Counted from the first letter of the stretch, positions 1-10,768 are shown. The stretch: 32,000 bases of DNA from Sulfolobus acidocaldarius DSM 639 (GCF_000012285.1 NC_007181.1:1410001-1442000), one strand, 5' to 3'. Program-made: numbers and translations. The notes: generated from the letters alone by a model not told the origin.

Positions 1-1
1 G

Positions 2-424
2 CTAGCGAAGTCCTCTCCCAGAGATGAATATAATTGGTTTATATGCAACATAGTTGACACAATTAGTTGCGATACTCTGTTTGTAGTTTTGGAGGACATA
101 GGGTCAAATTTTGATCTCTCCAAATGCCAAAATCTCAGGACTATCATAAATTGCGGTATTAAGTTAAACATAAACAGCAAATACTTTGATATGGCACTAG
201 ACTATTTAACTGCTCAAGGTAAGAAAGAGCAACTGGAAGATATCTCTAAAAACCTATTCAAATTGAATGAGCAACCTAAACCTGAGATCGTCATAAAGAT
301 AGCAAATGCTTTGAAGAAAATAGGTAGTACAAGGGAGGCTAACGATCTGATGAATGAGGCATGTAAAAGGGGAATTAAGGACGCCTGTGCAAGTGTGGTA
401 GTGGGAACCACAAAGTGGACATGA
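2..424 (+). CDS. hypothetical protein, C-terminal fragment (5' end lies outside the window)
   Basis: The frame of track ORF 89..424 has no stop codon back to nt 2, so the TTG at 89 is probably not the true start. I recognise no motif. The ORF ends 4 nt from the convergent bax1 stop. Confidence 0.45.
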   Translation, partial: LAKSSPRDEYNWFICNIVDTISCDTLFVVLEDIGSNFDLSKCQNLRTIINCGIKLNINSKYFDMALDYLTAQGKKEQLEDISKNLFKLNEQPKPEIVIKIANALKKIGSTREANDLMNEACKRGIKDACASVVVGTTKWT

Positions 425-428
425 ATTT

Positions 429-1865
429 TTATTTCTTTACTACGACAGCGTCAGTTAAACCCCTCCACATTAACTTATAACCTAAGTAATCTATTACGTC
501 AACAATGTAATCCCCATATTCCTTTTTTAGGTCTGATAACTTCCTTCCCTCTAGTTGATAGCTCTTTATCTTGTTTATTAAATCCTCTTTTACGTAGTAA
601 TTTTTTAAGAGGATATAACCTGGGAAGTTTTTCAGATTCTTCCTCAAATGCTCCAGCGGAAGGGAGAGCCTATTGGCTATCTCACTTACACTTACTACGT
701 CACCCTCTATGGTATAGTCTATGTTATTCGGCAAGCTTTGTAGAAATTGTCTCTCATAATCTCTTAACCATTTGTACACTTTCATTACATCTATTTTTTT
801 CTTGTATAGAATAATATTGGGAAGATCAATTTTACCATCAATTGAGAGCTCCTCATTTACCAGTAAAAGTAAAGGATTCTCGACGTCACTGACTTTCTCC
901 AGTTTATTTTGAAGATACTTCTTAGTCCAAAATCCTACTATCTCTATGTAGACCTTTAACTTTCCCTTCTCAGCCACGAAATCAGGTAAGAAAATCTTAT
1001 CCTTCACCACCAATGGTTCAGGTTCTCTAGTTATTTTCCAGTCCTTAAGTATACTAGTGAAGTCGTTGTAAAATTTTTCTTCAATACTACTATCGAATTT
1101 CTTCTCATCTATTTTAATCTCGCGGAGATTCTTCAGATTACTGGCTTCTAGCTTATATATCCTCTTCTTTAATTTACCTAACACTATTTCAGCTCTTATA
1201 CTCCAATCTGGTGAAGAGACCACATATGGTAGTAGAACAGCAAAGTTCCTGCCGTACTTTTCATTCATTTTAACTAAAGTTGCAGGTCCAATAAATTCCA
1301 GTTCCAATGGTTCCTTGTATGCATAATACATTAGACCTAGTAGTTTTGCTCTCCATATGATTTCCTTCCAATTTGAAGATACTCTAATTGATAATCTGTA
1401 TCCCTTGAATAGAAGAGTTTGTAATAAGGAGAGGTTGTACCATTTTATTAGCTCATCTGCTGAGATATTTGGTTTCTCTATTATCCTCTTCTCCTCATCA
1501 AGGTCTGAAAACATGTATCTAATTGGTTCTATGTTATACTTTTTCTTAATCTCCTCAATTACGTCTTCCTTTACCTTCTTATCAAAGACTGGTCCTCTAC
1601 TGAATAATTCTCTCCTCAATATTGAAGGGTCAATCGGCGAGTCTTCCTCTAGACTTGTAACTCTAATTATGAGTCTTATAAGCCCCCTTACTAGCTTATA
1701 ATCGTATATTTTTTCCAGATATTTAGCCTGTTCAATTACATTTCCTAACCTTTCTCCCTTTTGGAATAAATCTAATACCTCTTGTGCTATTTCAGAGTTA
1801 TCAATGAATAAAGGAATAATTCTGCTTCCTTGAATTTTAAATCTCGCTAATTCCCACGGTAACAC
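429..1865 (-). CDS. bax1: Bax1 (DUF790) nuclease, partner of archaeal XPB
   Basis: 478 aa with a GTG start. The N-terminus MLPWELARFKIQGSRIIPLF fits the DUF790/Bax1 pattern. The C-terminal LPDF...VYIEIVGFWTKKY resembles a PD-(D/E)xK-type nuclease core. It lies immediately adjacent and divergent to xpb, the conserved archaeal arrangement. Confidence 0.8.
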   Translation of the reverse strand: MLPWELARFKIQGSRIIPLFIDNSEIAQEVLDLFQKGERLGNVIEQAKYLEKIYDYKLVRGLIRLIIRVTSLEEDSPIDPSILRRELFSRGPVFDKKVKEDVIEEIKKKYNIEPIRYMFSDLDEEKRIIEKPNISADELIKWYNLSLLQTLLFKGYRLSIRVSSNWKEIIWRAKLLGLMYYAYKEPLELEFIGPATLVKMNEKYGRNFAVLLPYVVSSPDWSIRAEIVLGKLKKRIYKLEASNLKNLREIKIDEKKFDSSIEEKFYNDFTSILKDWKITREPEPLVVKDKIFLPDFVAEKGKLKVYIEIVGFWTKKYLQNKLEKVSDVENPLLLLVNEELSIDGKIDLPNIILYKKKIDVMKVYKWLRDYERQFLQSLPNNIDYTIEGDVVSVSEIANRLSLPLEHLRKNLKNFPGYILLKNYYVKEDLINKIKSYQLEGRKLSDLKKEYGDYIVDVIDYLGYKLMWRGLTDAVVVKK

Positions 1866-1893
1866 ATTTATTCTTTGCTACAATATTAATAAA
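1866..1893. promoter_or_regulatory. compact bidirectional promoter for bax1 and xpb
   Basis: Only 33 bp separate the two start codons. ATTTATTC (1866-1873) lies about 26 nt upstream of the xpb TTG at 1899. TTTATTAA on the minus strand (complement of 1886-1893) lies about 25 nt upstream of the bax1 GTG at 1865. This geometry fits two leaderless transcripts. Confidence 0.4.
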
Positions 1894-1898
1894 TTGTC

Positions 1899-3230
1899 TT
1901 GGTTTATCTGAGGTATTACAAAGGTTTACTAATATCCGATGCTTATGCCCCAGGCTTAAAATGGGATGAGAAGTTACAGGGCTATATAAATTTCGCTTAT
2001 AAATATAGAGATGTAAAGAAATATTTTCTAACTGAGGGTATAGAAGTTGTTGAAAACGTACTTGATCCGTTACCATTCCCGTTGATAAGGGAGAAGTCGT
2101 TAGAGCTCAGAGACTATCAGATGGAAGCAGTCAAGTCTTGGCTTAAGAACGGAAAAAGGGGAATAGTGATCTTCCCCACGGGTGCAGGTAAAACTATGGT
2201 AGGAGTAAAAGCTATTGCGCTTTTGAAGGTGTCTACTCTAGTCGTAGTTCCAACAATAGACTTAATGAACCAATGGGTTAGTATTATAGAGAGGCATCTA
2301 GATACTGAGGTAGGATCTATAGGTGGAGGAAAAGATGACTTAAAGGGAATTACAGTAATAACCTATGATTCAGCATACACCAGGGCAGAGGAACTCGGTA
2401 ACAAGTTCCTTCTAATAATCTTTGACGAAGTTCATCACTTACCTTCAGAAGGGTATTCACTAATGGCTAAGATGTTTGCTTCACCATACAGGCTGGGTTT
2501 GACTGCAACTCCAGAAAGGGGGGACGGTAAGGAAGTTTTGTATCCAGAATTAGTAGGACCAATAGTTTACAAGAAGTCCTTAAAGGAGCTTTCAGGTAAG
2601 TATATAGCGGATTTTGAGATCATAAAAGAATATGTAGAGATGACCAGTGAGGAGAAAGAAAGGTATAAGGAGTTAAGAGGAAAATTAAAAGAATTTTTGA
2701 GTAGCAGAGGGATGAGATTGAACAGTTTAAATGACTTTTATAAATTAATCAGGTTAGCAAGCAAGGATAAGAAGGCTAGAGAGGCTTTATTGGCTTGGCA
2801 TGAGTCCTTAAGATTAGCTGTAAACAGCCGAGCTAAAATAGAGAAATTGAGAGAGCTCTTAAGGGAATTCCACGATAGGAAAATTATAGTTTTTACACGA
2901 GATACGGAATTAGCTTATGATATTAGCAAGGAATTTCTCATTCCTGTAGTGACATATAAGACTTCCAAGGACGAAAGATTTGAAATATTGAGTAAATTTA
3001 AGGAGGGCAACTATAGGGTGATCGTGGCATCCACTGTCTTTGATGAGGGGGTTGACATTCCAGATGCTGAAATTGCGATAATTATGGGCGGATATGGCAC
3101 AAAAAGGCAATTTATCCAGAGGCTCGGTAGGATATTAAGAGGTAGAGGCAAGAAGGCGTTGCTTATAGAGATAGTTACAAAGGGTACTGCGGACTATAGG
3201 TTAAGTAAAAGGAGAGAGTATAAATACTAA
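1899..3230 (+). CDS. xpb: XPB/Rad25-type SF2 DNA helicase
   Basis: Helicase motifs are present: PTGAGKT (I), FDEVHH (II), GLTATPER (III) and QRLGRILR (VI). An N-terminal damage-recognition-like domain is present and the gene is adjacent to bax1. TTG is the only in-frame start option. Confidence 0.9.
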   Translation: MVYLRYYKGLLISDAYAPGLKWDEKLQGYINFAYKYRDVKKYFLTEGIEVVENVLDPLPFPLIREKSLELRDYQMEAVKSWLKNGKRGIVIFPTGAGKTMVGVKAIALLKVSTLVVVPTIDLMNQWVSIIERHLDTEVGSIGGGKDDLKGITVITYDSAYTRAEELGNKFLLIIFDEVHHLPSEGYSLMAKMFASPYRLGLTATPERGDGKEVLYPELVGPIVYKKSLKELSGKYIADFEIIKEYVEMTSEEKERYKELRGKLKEFLSSRGMRLNSLNDFYKLIRLASKDKKAREALLAWHESLRLAVNSRAKIEKLRELLREFHDRKIIVFTRDTELAYDISKEFLIPVVTYKTSKDERFEILSKFKEGNYRVIVASTVFDEGVDIPDAEIAIIMGGYGTKRQFIQRLGRILRGRGKKALLIEIVTKGTADYRLSKRREYKY

Positions 3231-3329
3231 TAACCTGTAATACTTTTCTTTGATAGACGTAAATAGTAGAGAAATTCTCTTTTAAGCAGTGTATCAAAAA
3301 TTTGTAATAAAAAATATAAATATCATAGG

Positions 3330-4172
3330 ATGAATAATATAATGATGGATTCAATAGATAAGAAGATACTGATTTACTTATTTAGAGATGGTAGAATTTC
3401 GCAAAGAAAGATCGCTGAAGAAGTGAAATTATCTGCTACCTCTCTTAATTATAGATTCAACAAATTAATAGAAGATGGAATAATAAAAAGCTTTAAAGTG
3501 CAGGTAAATCCTAATCTTTACGGAAAATATTATGGTTTTGTATCGTTCAAGAATTACAAGGATTTAGATTTTCAGTTCATCGATCTTAAAGTAAATTGTC
3601 TCGAAGATCTTAATGTTTACAGGTTAGTAGGAGATTCAACTGAGGATATTGAGGATAAGATATCTGTAATGAGCAAAGATCTAGGAGAGCCCCAAATGTC
3701 TTACATTCCACCACAGAACCCAATTATTCCTTCAGGTATAGACATAAAGATTGTCAAATCTGTTATAAAGAATCCAAGAATTGAAATAAGTGAAATAGCA
3801 AAAGACCTTAACTTACCTAGTAAGTCAGTCAACAGGAGAATAAATGTACTGACAAACAAAAATATGATAAGAATATATCCAATAGTTGACCTATCAAAGG
3901 CAGACTTAATAATGTTTGCCATATTTTCCAGTCACATAGATAGCCTAGATTTTCTAAAGACATGTAGCTTTACTTCTTTCAAAGATAATGGGAGGGGAAT
4001 AGTAATCTGTATTACTGAAAACATTAGGACAGCTGAGAATTACTTCAAGAACGTGAGAGATATAGACAGAGAAGCAGAAATAATGGTTACAACTAGCTAT
4101 GACATCAGAAATGAAGGTGCTCTGAGGGAATTAGAGAGGATCGAGTCTCAAACTTACTCTAAAGCCTTTTGA
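3330..4172 (+). CDS. Lrp/AsnC-family transcriptional regulator, tandem-duplicated (two HTH + RAM-like modules)
   Basis: The first module is DSIDKKILIYLFRDGRISQRKIAEEVKLSATSLNYRFNKLIEDGII. The second is IDIKIVKSVIKNPRIEISEIAKDLNLPSKSVNRRINVLTNKNMI. Each is followed by about 70 aa of beta/alpha-like sequence. The true start may be ATG 3342 or 3345 (MDSIDKK). Confidence 0.8.
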   Translation: MNNIMMDSIDKKILIYLFRDGRISQRKIAEEVKLSATSLNYRFNKLIEDGIIKSFKVQVNPNLYGKYYGFVSFKNYKDLDFQFIDLKVNCLEDLNVYRLVGDSTEDIEDKISVMSKDLGEPQMSYIPPQNPIIPSGIDIKIVKSVIKNPRIEISEIAKDLNLPSKSVNRRINVLTNKNMIRIYPIVDLSKADLIMFAIFSSHIDSLDFLKTCSFTSFKDNGRGIVICITENIRTAENYFKNVRDIDREAEIMVTTSYDIRNEGALRELERIESQTYSKAF

Positions 4173-4674
4173 CAAAGAAGTATGCTACATAGACTATTGT
4201 AGGGATAAAAGATATCCAAAATGCGATTGTAGGTTCTGACACAATTAGTAGTGATGCAGTTGTGTTACCTTGATGTATAGTAAATGTTTCTTGACCAAAA
4301 ATAACGAAAGGATAATTAGCATAGTTGGGCAGTGCAAACTTTAAGACTAAATATGTGAGTATTGGATCAATTATATAAAGTACGGGTAGCCACGCCATTG
4401 TTGTGTATTTGTACTCCTGCTTCTTTCTAAAAATGTATATCAGGGCATATACTATGTTAACTATGACATAAATTCTAAATGCAGTAAGTAAAATATTTAC
4501 TATATTTGCAATTATCACGTAAGAACCTAAGAACTCGACTCTTAAAAGGAATGGTGAATCATAGATATTTGCAATTCCCCCAGCACTATAATACCACCAA
4601 GATGTGGGAATAAGTGCAACTATAAGTGAAGAGATGTAGAACATAATGAGAGTCTTAAATCCCTTGAACATCAT
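4159..4674 (-). CDS. multi-pass membrane protein, function unknown
   Basis: 171 aa with about five hydrophobic segments. Its start overlaps the stop of the upstream gene by 4 nt (ATGA), indicating an operon. Confidence 0.55.
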   Translation of the reverse strand: MMFKGFKTLIMFYISSLIVALIPTSWWYYSAGGIANIYDSPFLLRVEFLGSYVIIANIVNILLTAFRIYVIVNIVYALIYIFRKKQEYKYTTMAWLPVLYIIDPILTYLVLKFALPNYANYPFVIFGQETFTIHQGNTTASLLIVSEPTIAFWISFIPTIVYVAYFFVKRL

Positions 4675-5075
4675 ATTTTCACCGTGGAAGTGAAGGTGGT
4701 GTTTGCTAGTCTCATATAAATAGTAACGTTCTCGTTCTGATTTTCAACGTTATGTAGGAATCCCTCAGAATTTGTTATGTATATGGTAAATGTTCTATTA
4801 GTATTGGGCATTATTGCAACCTCATGTTCAAATTTCATATATTGTCCTGTAACATTCTGTATTATCATAGTTAAATTGAAGGGGTTATGAACTGTTAGAT
4901 TGAGTTCATTATAACTGATAATTTTTACGCTGTAACTCAAAGAGGATGAACTCAACATACTTCGATATTCTTGAATCTGAGCTACTCCATTATTTATCGA
5001 CCCTTGTATCTGAAAAAACATGGTAATAATGAAAATAACAGCCGCAATTAGACCTGCTATTTTTCCATAATTCAT
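4671..5075 (-). CDS. N-terminally membrane-anchored extracellular protein, function unknown
   Basis: 134 aa with a single N-terminal hydrophobic helix (IAGLIAAVIFIITMFF). The rest is a beta-rich domain with several N-x-S/T sequons. It is translationally coupled to 4159..4674. Confidence 0.55.
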   Translation of the reverse strand: MNYGKIAGLIAAVIFIITMFFQIQGSINNGVAQIQEYRSMLSSSSLSYSVKIISYNELNLTVHNPFNLTMIIQNVTGQYMKFEHEVAIMPNTNRTFTIYITNSEGFLHNVENQNENVTIYMRLANTTFTSTVKI

Positions 5076-5112
5076 TAAAATACTAAAAAGAAATTTAGAG
5101 ATAAAAATTTTG

Positions 5113-6585
5113 CTAGCTTTTCAAGTATTTATGCCTCAAATATAGTATTAACCCTTCTGGGTTATACTCTTCTCCAAATGTCTTTCTAAGTAAATCTTTA
5201 GGTGAATAGGTGGCACCATATTTATAGATTTTTTCCGTCATAATAGTTTTAATTTCCCCAATTTTTCCTTCTCTAAGTAGATTATATAGGTTTGGAGTCT
5301 TTGAGTATACAATTCCCGAGACTACGTTTCCTAATGTGTAGGCTGGGAAATAACCAAACCCACCGGTCCAATGAATGTCTTGTAGTGCTCCTTCCGCGTC
5401 ATTCTTCGGTGTTATTCCGAGATACTTTTCCATCAATTCACTCCATAAGGACGGTATTTCATCAACTTTTATTTCTCCGCCGATCAACCTCTTTTCTATC
5501 TCATATCTGACTGCAATATGGAAATTATATGTAACCTCATCAGCGTCAACTCTAATGAAGCTTGGTCTGACGATGTTAAAGTATCTGTATATGTCGTCCT
5601 CGTTATATTTAGATAAGAAATCAAGGTTCTGCTTAAGTTTTGGATAAATTAGGCTTACGAACTCCCTGCTCCTCCCTATTATATTTTCCCAAAACCTGGA
5701 TTGAGCCTCATGAATACCCATTGACACTCCTCCTCCTATAGGCGTCCCCTCAAGTTCTCTATCTATACCTAGCTCATAGATTGCATGTCCACATTCATGA
5801 ACCACTGAGAATAAAGTGGATCTAAAATCCTTGCCCTCATATCTGGTAGTTATTCTAACGTCATCAGCAGATATTCTGACTGTAAATGGGTGAGCTGAAA
5901 TATCTAATCTAAACTTTCCCTTGGGCATTTCTAGTATTTTTATTACCTCTTCATTAACGACTTTCATCCTACCTATATCGTATGAGACTTCTTCAAGTTC
6001 ATGCGATTTAGGGAAGTAACCTTTTTCGCTTACTTTCTTCATAATATCGCTTAACTCAGGCAGTAGCCTGGAGAAGATTCTGTCTCCGTCCCTTATTGAA
6101 AATCCCTCTTCATTTAAATCCAATAGTGCATTGTAAGGGTGGTCTTCATACCCCCAATATTCAGCTATCTTAATTTGTAGATCTTTTATTTTCTCGAGGT
6201 AAGGTTTAAACATTGAGTAGTCTGACTTAGCTTTAGCCTGTCTCCACACTACTGTAGCTTCACTTCTAACTCTTTCAATTTGTTGAATTATTTCCAACGG
6301 TATCTTTGAATAATACTTGTAATCTCTTCCAAGAACTCTTAATATTCCTCTTTCCTCGTCGTTAAGCCCCTCCTTTCCTTCATATCTTTCTATTATTTTA
6401 CCTAATTTTTGATATATTTCCCTTTTAATCTCACTAAAAGTTGATATGACTTCGCCTCTAGTCATGGCATCATCTTCCGGCATATAAGTCTCAATATCCC
6501 ATCCCATTAGGGACTCAGCGTATTGTAGAGACCATAATTTCTTATACTCTGCCAAAAGTTCCTTTAGGTTTTCGAATCGTTTCAT
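5113..6585 (-). CDS. M32 metallocarboxypeptidase (carboxypeptidase Taq family)
   Basis: All M32 signature motifs are present: HPF (SAHPFT), HEXXH (HECGHAIYE), HEAQSRFWEN, IRVDADEVTY and GALQDIHW. Confidence 0.9.
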   Translation of the reverse strand: MKRFENLKELLAEYKKLWSLQYAESLMGWDIETYMPEDDAMTRGEVISTFSEIKREIYQKLGKIIERYEGKEGLNDEERGILRVLGRDYKYYSKIPLEIIQQIERVRSEATVVWRQAKAKSDYSMFKPYLEKIKDLQIKIAEYWGYEDHPYNALLDLNEEGFSIRDGDRIFSRLLPELSDIMKKVSEKGYFPKSHELEEVSYDIGRMKVVNEEVIKILEMPKGKFRLDISAHPFTVRISADDVRITTRYEGKDFRSTLFSVVHECGHAIYELGIDRELEGTPIGGGVSMGIHEAQSRFWENIIGRSREFVSLIYPKLKQNLDFLSKYNEDDIYRYFNIVRPSFIRVDADEVTYNFHIAVRYEIEKRLIGGEIKVDEIPSLWSELMEKYLGITPKNDAEGALQDIHWTGGFGYFPAYTLGNVVSGIVYSKTPNLYNLLREGKIGEIKTIMTEKIYKYGATYSPKDLLRKTFGEEYNPEGLILYLRHKYLKS

Positions 6586-6679
6586 ACAAAAGCACCTTCT
6601 CCATATAAATTGAAGTCTCGCTTATTATATACTCCTCATAAATAACAAATTTTTTAACGAAATCGATATATCTCATTAT

Positions 6680-9600
6680 ATGTTTCCTGGCTTAGCTAAG
6701 TTTATCGTAAATAAATGGTATGTTATCCTAGCTTTATGGATAGTTGTCATACTTATTTCTGCTCCATTCACTTCACTATTTTTCAAATCAGTATCATATC
6801 AAGTGTCCATATCAGTACCTGGTAGTACAGCTGAAAAGGCTGAAAATATAATTTCCCAGGATTTTAAGATATCTGGTGCTGCAGGATCCAACGGGGTGCT
6901 AATAGTTGAGGGTAACTATTCTCAATACGCTGGATTTTTCGCGAATTTAACCAGCTATAAGAATATTTCAGTGATTTCTTTCTACACCATTGAAAAAGAT
7001 CTGCTGAACACAACTTTCTCCCAGTTAAGCCCTAGAGTAGACAATTTAACTAAAATTTTGCAAAACATCTCCTCTTCAGAGACGTCTTTAGAGAGCAAAC
7101 TGCAGACACAGAGGCAGAATATAACAGGTGATATAAATAAATTAATGCTTCTTAGAAACGCTACAATAAAAATAGAGAACTCTTTCATTAATATTTCATA
7201 CACTCTAAACTCTACCAAGGAGAAACTGGCTTTACTACACAGATCTATGGTAGAGAACTATACCACATTTGAAAATCTTAGAAAAGAGGAGCTAAACGTA
7301 AACTCCACTGCTACTAATATATCATATTTTCTTTATTATCCTGTAAGTTACTTTCTCGTTGCCTGGGAAGGTATCTATAATCAGACTCATAATACACAGT
7401 TAGCTAACCAGTATGCCTATAACCAAGTATACAATTCTTTATCAAGCCAGCAGGAAAAAGAGTACTTTAACTTATTTTACAGCTACTGGTCTTCAATACC
7501 TAATCCCCTTCCAAATTTACAGTATAATGCCCAAAAGTCTATTGAGAACGCAAGTGCAAAAATATTCAATTCAACTGAGTACCAATTTATTTCCTTCATG
7601 TTTAATTACATAAATATATCTAACTTTCTCAACAAGTCCTCTTATCAGACCTTTACAATAACCTATTTTGTTGAACTTTACCATGTTCCATATCAATTAG
7701 CCTACAGCCTACTTAATTACCCAGCTCTCCAAGTGCTGATAAGCATATATCATCAAAATACTGGCTTAAATGATTCGTTCCTGTTTGAGGTATTTAATTC
7801 TACTAACTTTAGTGAACTTGCATATCAGCTTATAACCTCAAATTTGAACACTTCAGAAAAAGAATTCGTCACTCAGGTTTACTTAAATCAAACTAAATCT
7901 CCAAACGAGTTTGCCGTTTCCTATATTTCTCAAGCCTATAATATATCTCAAACGACCATAAGTGATATTCTTAATTTCAACTCTACAGAGGATTACCTGA
8001 ATTACATTGCCCAACAAGCTTCAAATGAGAGCAAGATTCCTCAGTGGTTTTTCATTTCGCTCTACAAGTTTGGAAATATAACAAACCTAACCGCATACCT
8101 CATATCCACAAATCTAGGAAAGCTTCAGCCATTAATATCAAGTAGTAACCTAACTACGAACGAGTTTGCTCTCCTATTACAACAGAAAGATGTAAATTAC
8201 AGGCTACTTGCATCACAGCTTATAATAAATTATGCTAATTTCTCGCCAATACTTACGGTCAACAGAACACTATTAGTAAATGATATTGCAAGTAATGTAA
8301 GTTATTATGATGTCATAAAGTCTGGCAATTATCCCATATATCCTATACAGAACATAACTAAGAGCATTATAGGCAATAACTTACTGTTACTTTTCCTAAA
8401 GTCAGATGCAAAGAAAGGAAACGTTACGTACAACGAGTTAGTGCAATTTCAGCAGTACGTGAATAACTATACACACTTAAATACTGTCCTTACGGGCGGT
8501 GAACCAATTTCACATCAACTTAGTGGAATAGCTTCAACTGCATATTCAGTAGCTATTCCCGTTGGAATTGCCTTAGCTATTATTCTTGCAGGAGTTTACT
8601 TCAGATCTGTAATAGCTGCTTTCATGCCGCTTACGATATTTCTCTCAGCCTATCTCGTAGCGTCGGTGCTTCTGTATTTGGTCGCAATAAAACTTTTAGG
8701 TCTTCAGCTAAGTTTTCTGACCCCCAGCGAAGTCTTATTACTTGCTCTTGGTTTAGGTACAGACTATGTCGTCTTTATATCCAGTAGATATGTTGAAGAA
8801 AGAAAGAATGGTAGAGATCAACGTGATGCAGTTTATGATGCAGTAAGATGGGGAGGAAGAGCTGTTACCATAACTGCGTTTATTGTAATCTTGTCCTTCC
8901 TGTTTATATATATCTATAGAATACCATTCTTTTCTGACACTGCAATATCAAATATGGTTGGTGTCGTGATAGTATGGTTAGTCTCAATAACACTTTATCC
9001 TTCCATACTTAGAGTTGCGGGAGATAGGTTATTTTACCCAAGGAAATTCGGTAATAGCTTAAATGACGGTAAAAGGCAAGCAAAAGAGAAACCACTAATA
9101 GTAAGTAAGAAGCCCCTCATTATTGTTGGCGTTATAACAGCTATAGTTTTAATCTCTGCAATATATGCTGCCTCTACACCACTAACCTTAGATGTATTAT
9201 CATTGTTGCCAAGTTCACAAGCCACTTCAGGAGTTAGAATATTGAGTACTCAGTTCACATCTGCCAATATCTTCCCAATATATGTGGTTATACCGTATAA
9301 TAGCACATTTGATCAAAACGCCTACAACTTTACAGTCAGCTTATATAATAAGTTTATGAGTATTCCGGGAGTTACTAGTGTTAATTCACCTGTATCTCCA
9401 TATGGATACATTGTTAATTATAACCAGTTGAATAATTACAACTACACCCAGTATTTTTCAAATAACTACATATTATTTGAGATTAATCAGAAATATGATC
9501 CTTTCTCAACTCAGGCATTTAATGTAGTAAAACAGGTTGATAAAATAGTAGGAAATTCAGGTTATGTTGGTGGTGGACCTGTTGATGATTATAACATTTA

Positions 9601-10138
9601 CAGTTTCGTAGAGGGTAATTTTGGACTAATAGTTGTGGAAATTTCTGTAACCATGTTTGTCATATTGTGGATAATAACAAGAAGCCTTTCTGTTTCGGCT
9701 ACAATAATATTTGTAATTTTATCAGCAGTAGCAATAACGTTAGCCATTCAAAGGCTAATCTTCTCATCAATCTTAGGTTTCTCCATATTTGCAGTAGTTC
9801 CATTGTTCTTAGTAGCCATAATAATAGGTATTGGTATGGACTATAACATATTCCTGGTGGCTAGAATTCATGAAGAACTCGAAAAAGGTAATGACATGGG
9901 ATCTGCAGTGGAGGTTGCCGTAAGGAGACTATGGCTTACCATAGCGTTTCTTGGACTAATATTTGCGGGAACATTGGGATCACTAATGTTAGTTAATGCA
10001 CCAATACTTCAAGAACTAGGATTCGCATTTGCTATAGCGGCAATACTGGAGACAACCCTTTTATGGAGTCTGTTAGCTCCCTCCCTGTTACTATTACTAT
10101 ATAGGAAATTCAAGATAAGACCTAAGATGATTGTTTAG
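6680..10138 (+). CDS. MMPL/RND-superfamily membrane protein with greatly expanded first extracellular domain
   Basis: There are two transmembrane bundles, each with the MMPL motif ([17 protein letters not shown] and [17 protein letters not shown]). An N-terminal TM is followed by a roughly 570-aa N/S/T/Y/Q-rich loop carrying about 35 N-x-S/T sequons by eye. Confidence 0.8.
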   Translation: MFPGLAKFIVNKWYVILALWIVVILISAPFTSLFFKSVSYQVSISVPGSTAEKAENIISQDFKISGAAGSNGVLIVEGNYSQYAGFFANLTSYKNISVISFYTIEKDLLNTTFSQLSPRVDNLTKILQNISSSETSLESKLQTQRQNITGDINKLMLLRNATIKIENSFINISYTLNSTKEKLALLHRSMVENYTTFENLRKEELNVNSTATNISYFLYYPVSYFLVAWEGIYNQTHNTQLANQYAYNQVYNSLSSQQEKEYFNLFYSYWSSIPNPLPNLQYNAQKSIENASAKIFNSTEYQFISFMFNYINISNFLNKSSYQTFTITYFVELYHVPYQLAYSLLNYPALQVLISIYHQNTGLNDSFLFEVFNSTNFSELAYQLITSNLNTSEKEFVTQVYLNQTKSPNEFAVSYISQAYNISQTTISDILNFNSTEDYLNYIAQQASNESKIPQWFFISLYKFGNITNLTAYLISTNLGKLQPLISSSNLTTNEFALLLQQKDVNYRLLASQLIINYANFSPILTVNRTLLVNDIASNVSYYDVIKSGNYPIYPIQNITKSIIGNNLLLLFLKSDAKKGNVTYNELVQFQQYVNNYTHLNTVLTGGEPISHQLSGIASTAYSVAIPVGIALAIILAGVYFRSVIAAFMPLTIFLSAYLVASVLLYLVAIKLLGLQLSFLTPSEVLLLALGLGTDYVVFISSRYVEERKNGRDQRDAVYDAVRWGGRAVTITAFIVILSFLFIYIYRIPFFSDTAISNMVGVVIVWLVSITLYPSILRVAGDRLFYPRKFGNSLNDGKRQAKEKPLIVSKKPLIIVGVITAIVLISAIYAASTPLTLDVLSLLPSSQATSGVRILSTQFTSANIFPIYVVIPYNSTFDQNAYNFTVSLYNKFMSIPGVTSVNSPVSPYGYIVNYNQLNNYNYTQYFSNNYILFEINQKYDPFSTQAFNVVKQVDKIVGNSGYVGGGPVDDYNIYSFVEGNFGLIVVEISVTMFVILWIITRSLSVSATIIFVILSAVAITLAIQRLIFSSILGFSIFAVVPLFLVAIIIGIGMDYNIFLVARIHEELEKGNDMGSAVEVAVRRLWLTIAFLGLIFAGTLGSLMLVNAPILQELGFAFAIAAILETTLLWSLLAPSLLLLLYRKFKIRPKMIV

Positions 10139-10727
10139 AAACCTCTACACATACATAAGAGCCCGAATCATCATATCTTATCTCATAAGTTTTTTCCTTT
10201 TCACTCAATAACGTACTTTTAACGCTTACTATATTATAATTGGATAAAAGAGCGTAAAGTTCCTTTTTGCTAATAAACCTAGCCTTAGAGTAATATCTGT
10301 GTCCCCTTTTTCCTAACTCTTCGTAATACTTACCCAATTCTGAGTCCCTGGGTATAAAACATGCCACAAGCCTTTCTTTAGTAACTCTCATTGCCTCATC
10401 TATGAATTTTCTTACATCGTCAACAAAACAAATTGTTAACGATATAAAAACACAGTCAGTAGCGTTATCCCTTAGCGGAATATCTGAAACATCAGCCAGA
10501 ATCCTATCTTCACTTTTATCCACTTCATTAAGCATTAGTAGTGAAATATCGATAGATATCTTTCTCCCATTAATTACTTCATGGAATGTTCCAGGACCAG
10601 ATCCAAGATCAATGCAGTTTTTTAACTTAAAGGACTGGACTAGTTTCCTTTCACTTTCATACAAGTCATTATGTTTAACGTACCAGTTCTTGTAACCTAC
10701 AGGGTCTGTAAATATGTTATCATCCAT
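10122..10727 (-). CDS. class I SAM-dependent methyltransferase
   Basis: Motif I is present as [11 protein letters not shown], with the downstream acidic and hydrophobic motifs typical of the Methyltransf_11 type. Its 3' end overlaps the MMPL gene convergently by 17 nt. Confidence 0.75.
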   Translation of the reverse strand: MDDNIFTDPVGYKNWYVKHNDLYESERKLVQSFKLKNCIDLGSGPGTFHEVINGRKISIDISLLMLNEVDKSEDRILADVSDIPLRDNATDCVFISLTICFVDDVRKFIDEAMRVTKERLVACFIPRDSELGKYYEELGKRGHRYYSKARFISKKELYALLSNYNIVSVKSTLLSEKEKTYEIRYDDSGSYVCVEVSKQSS

Positions 10728-10768
10728 ATCATTATTATTTAAAATACCCTTGACTAAATATTTTTAAA

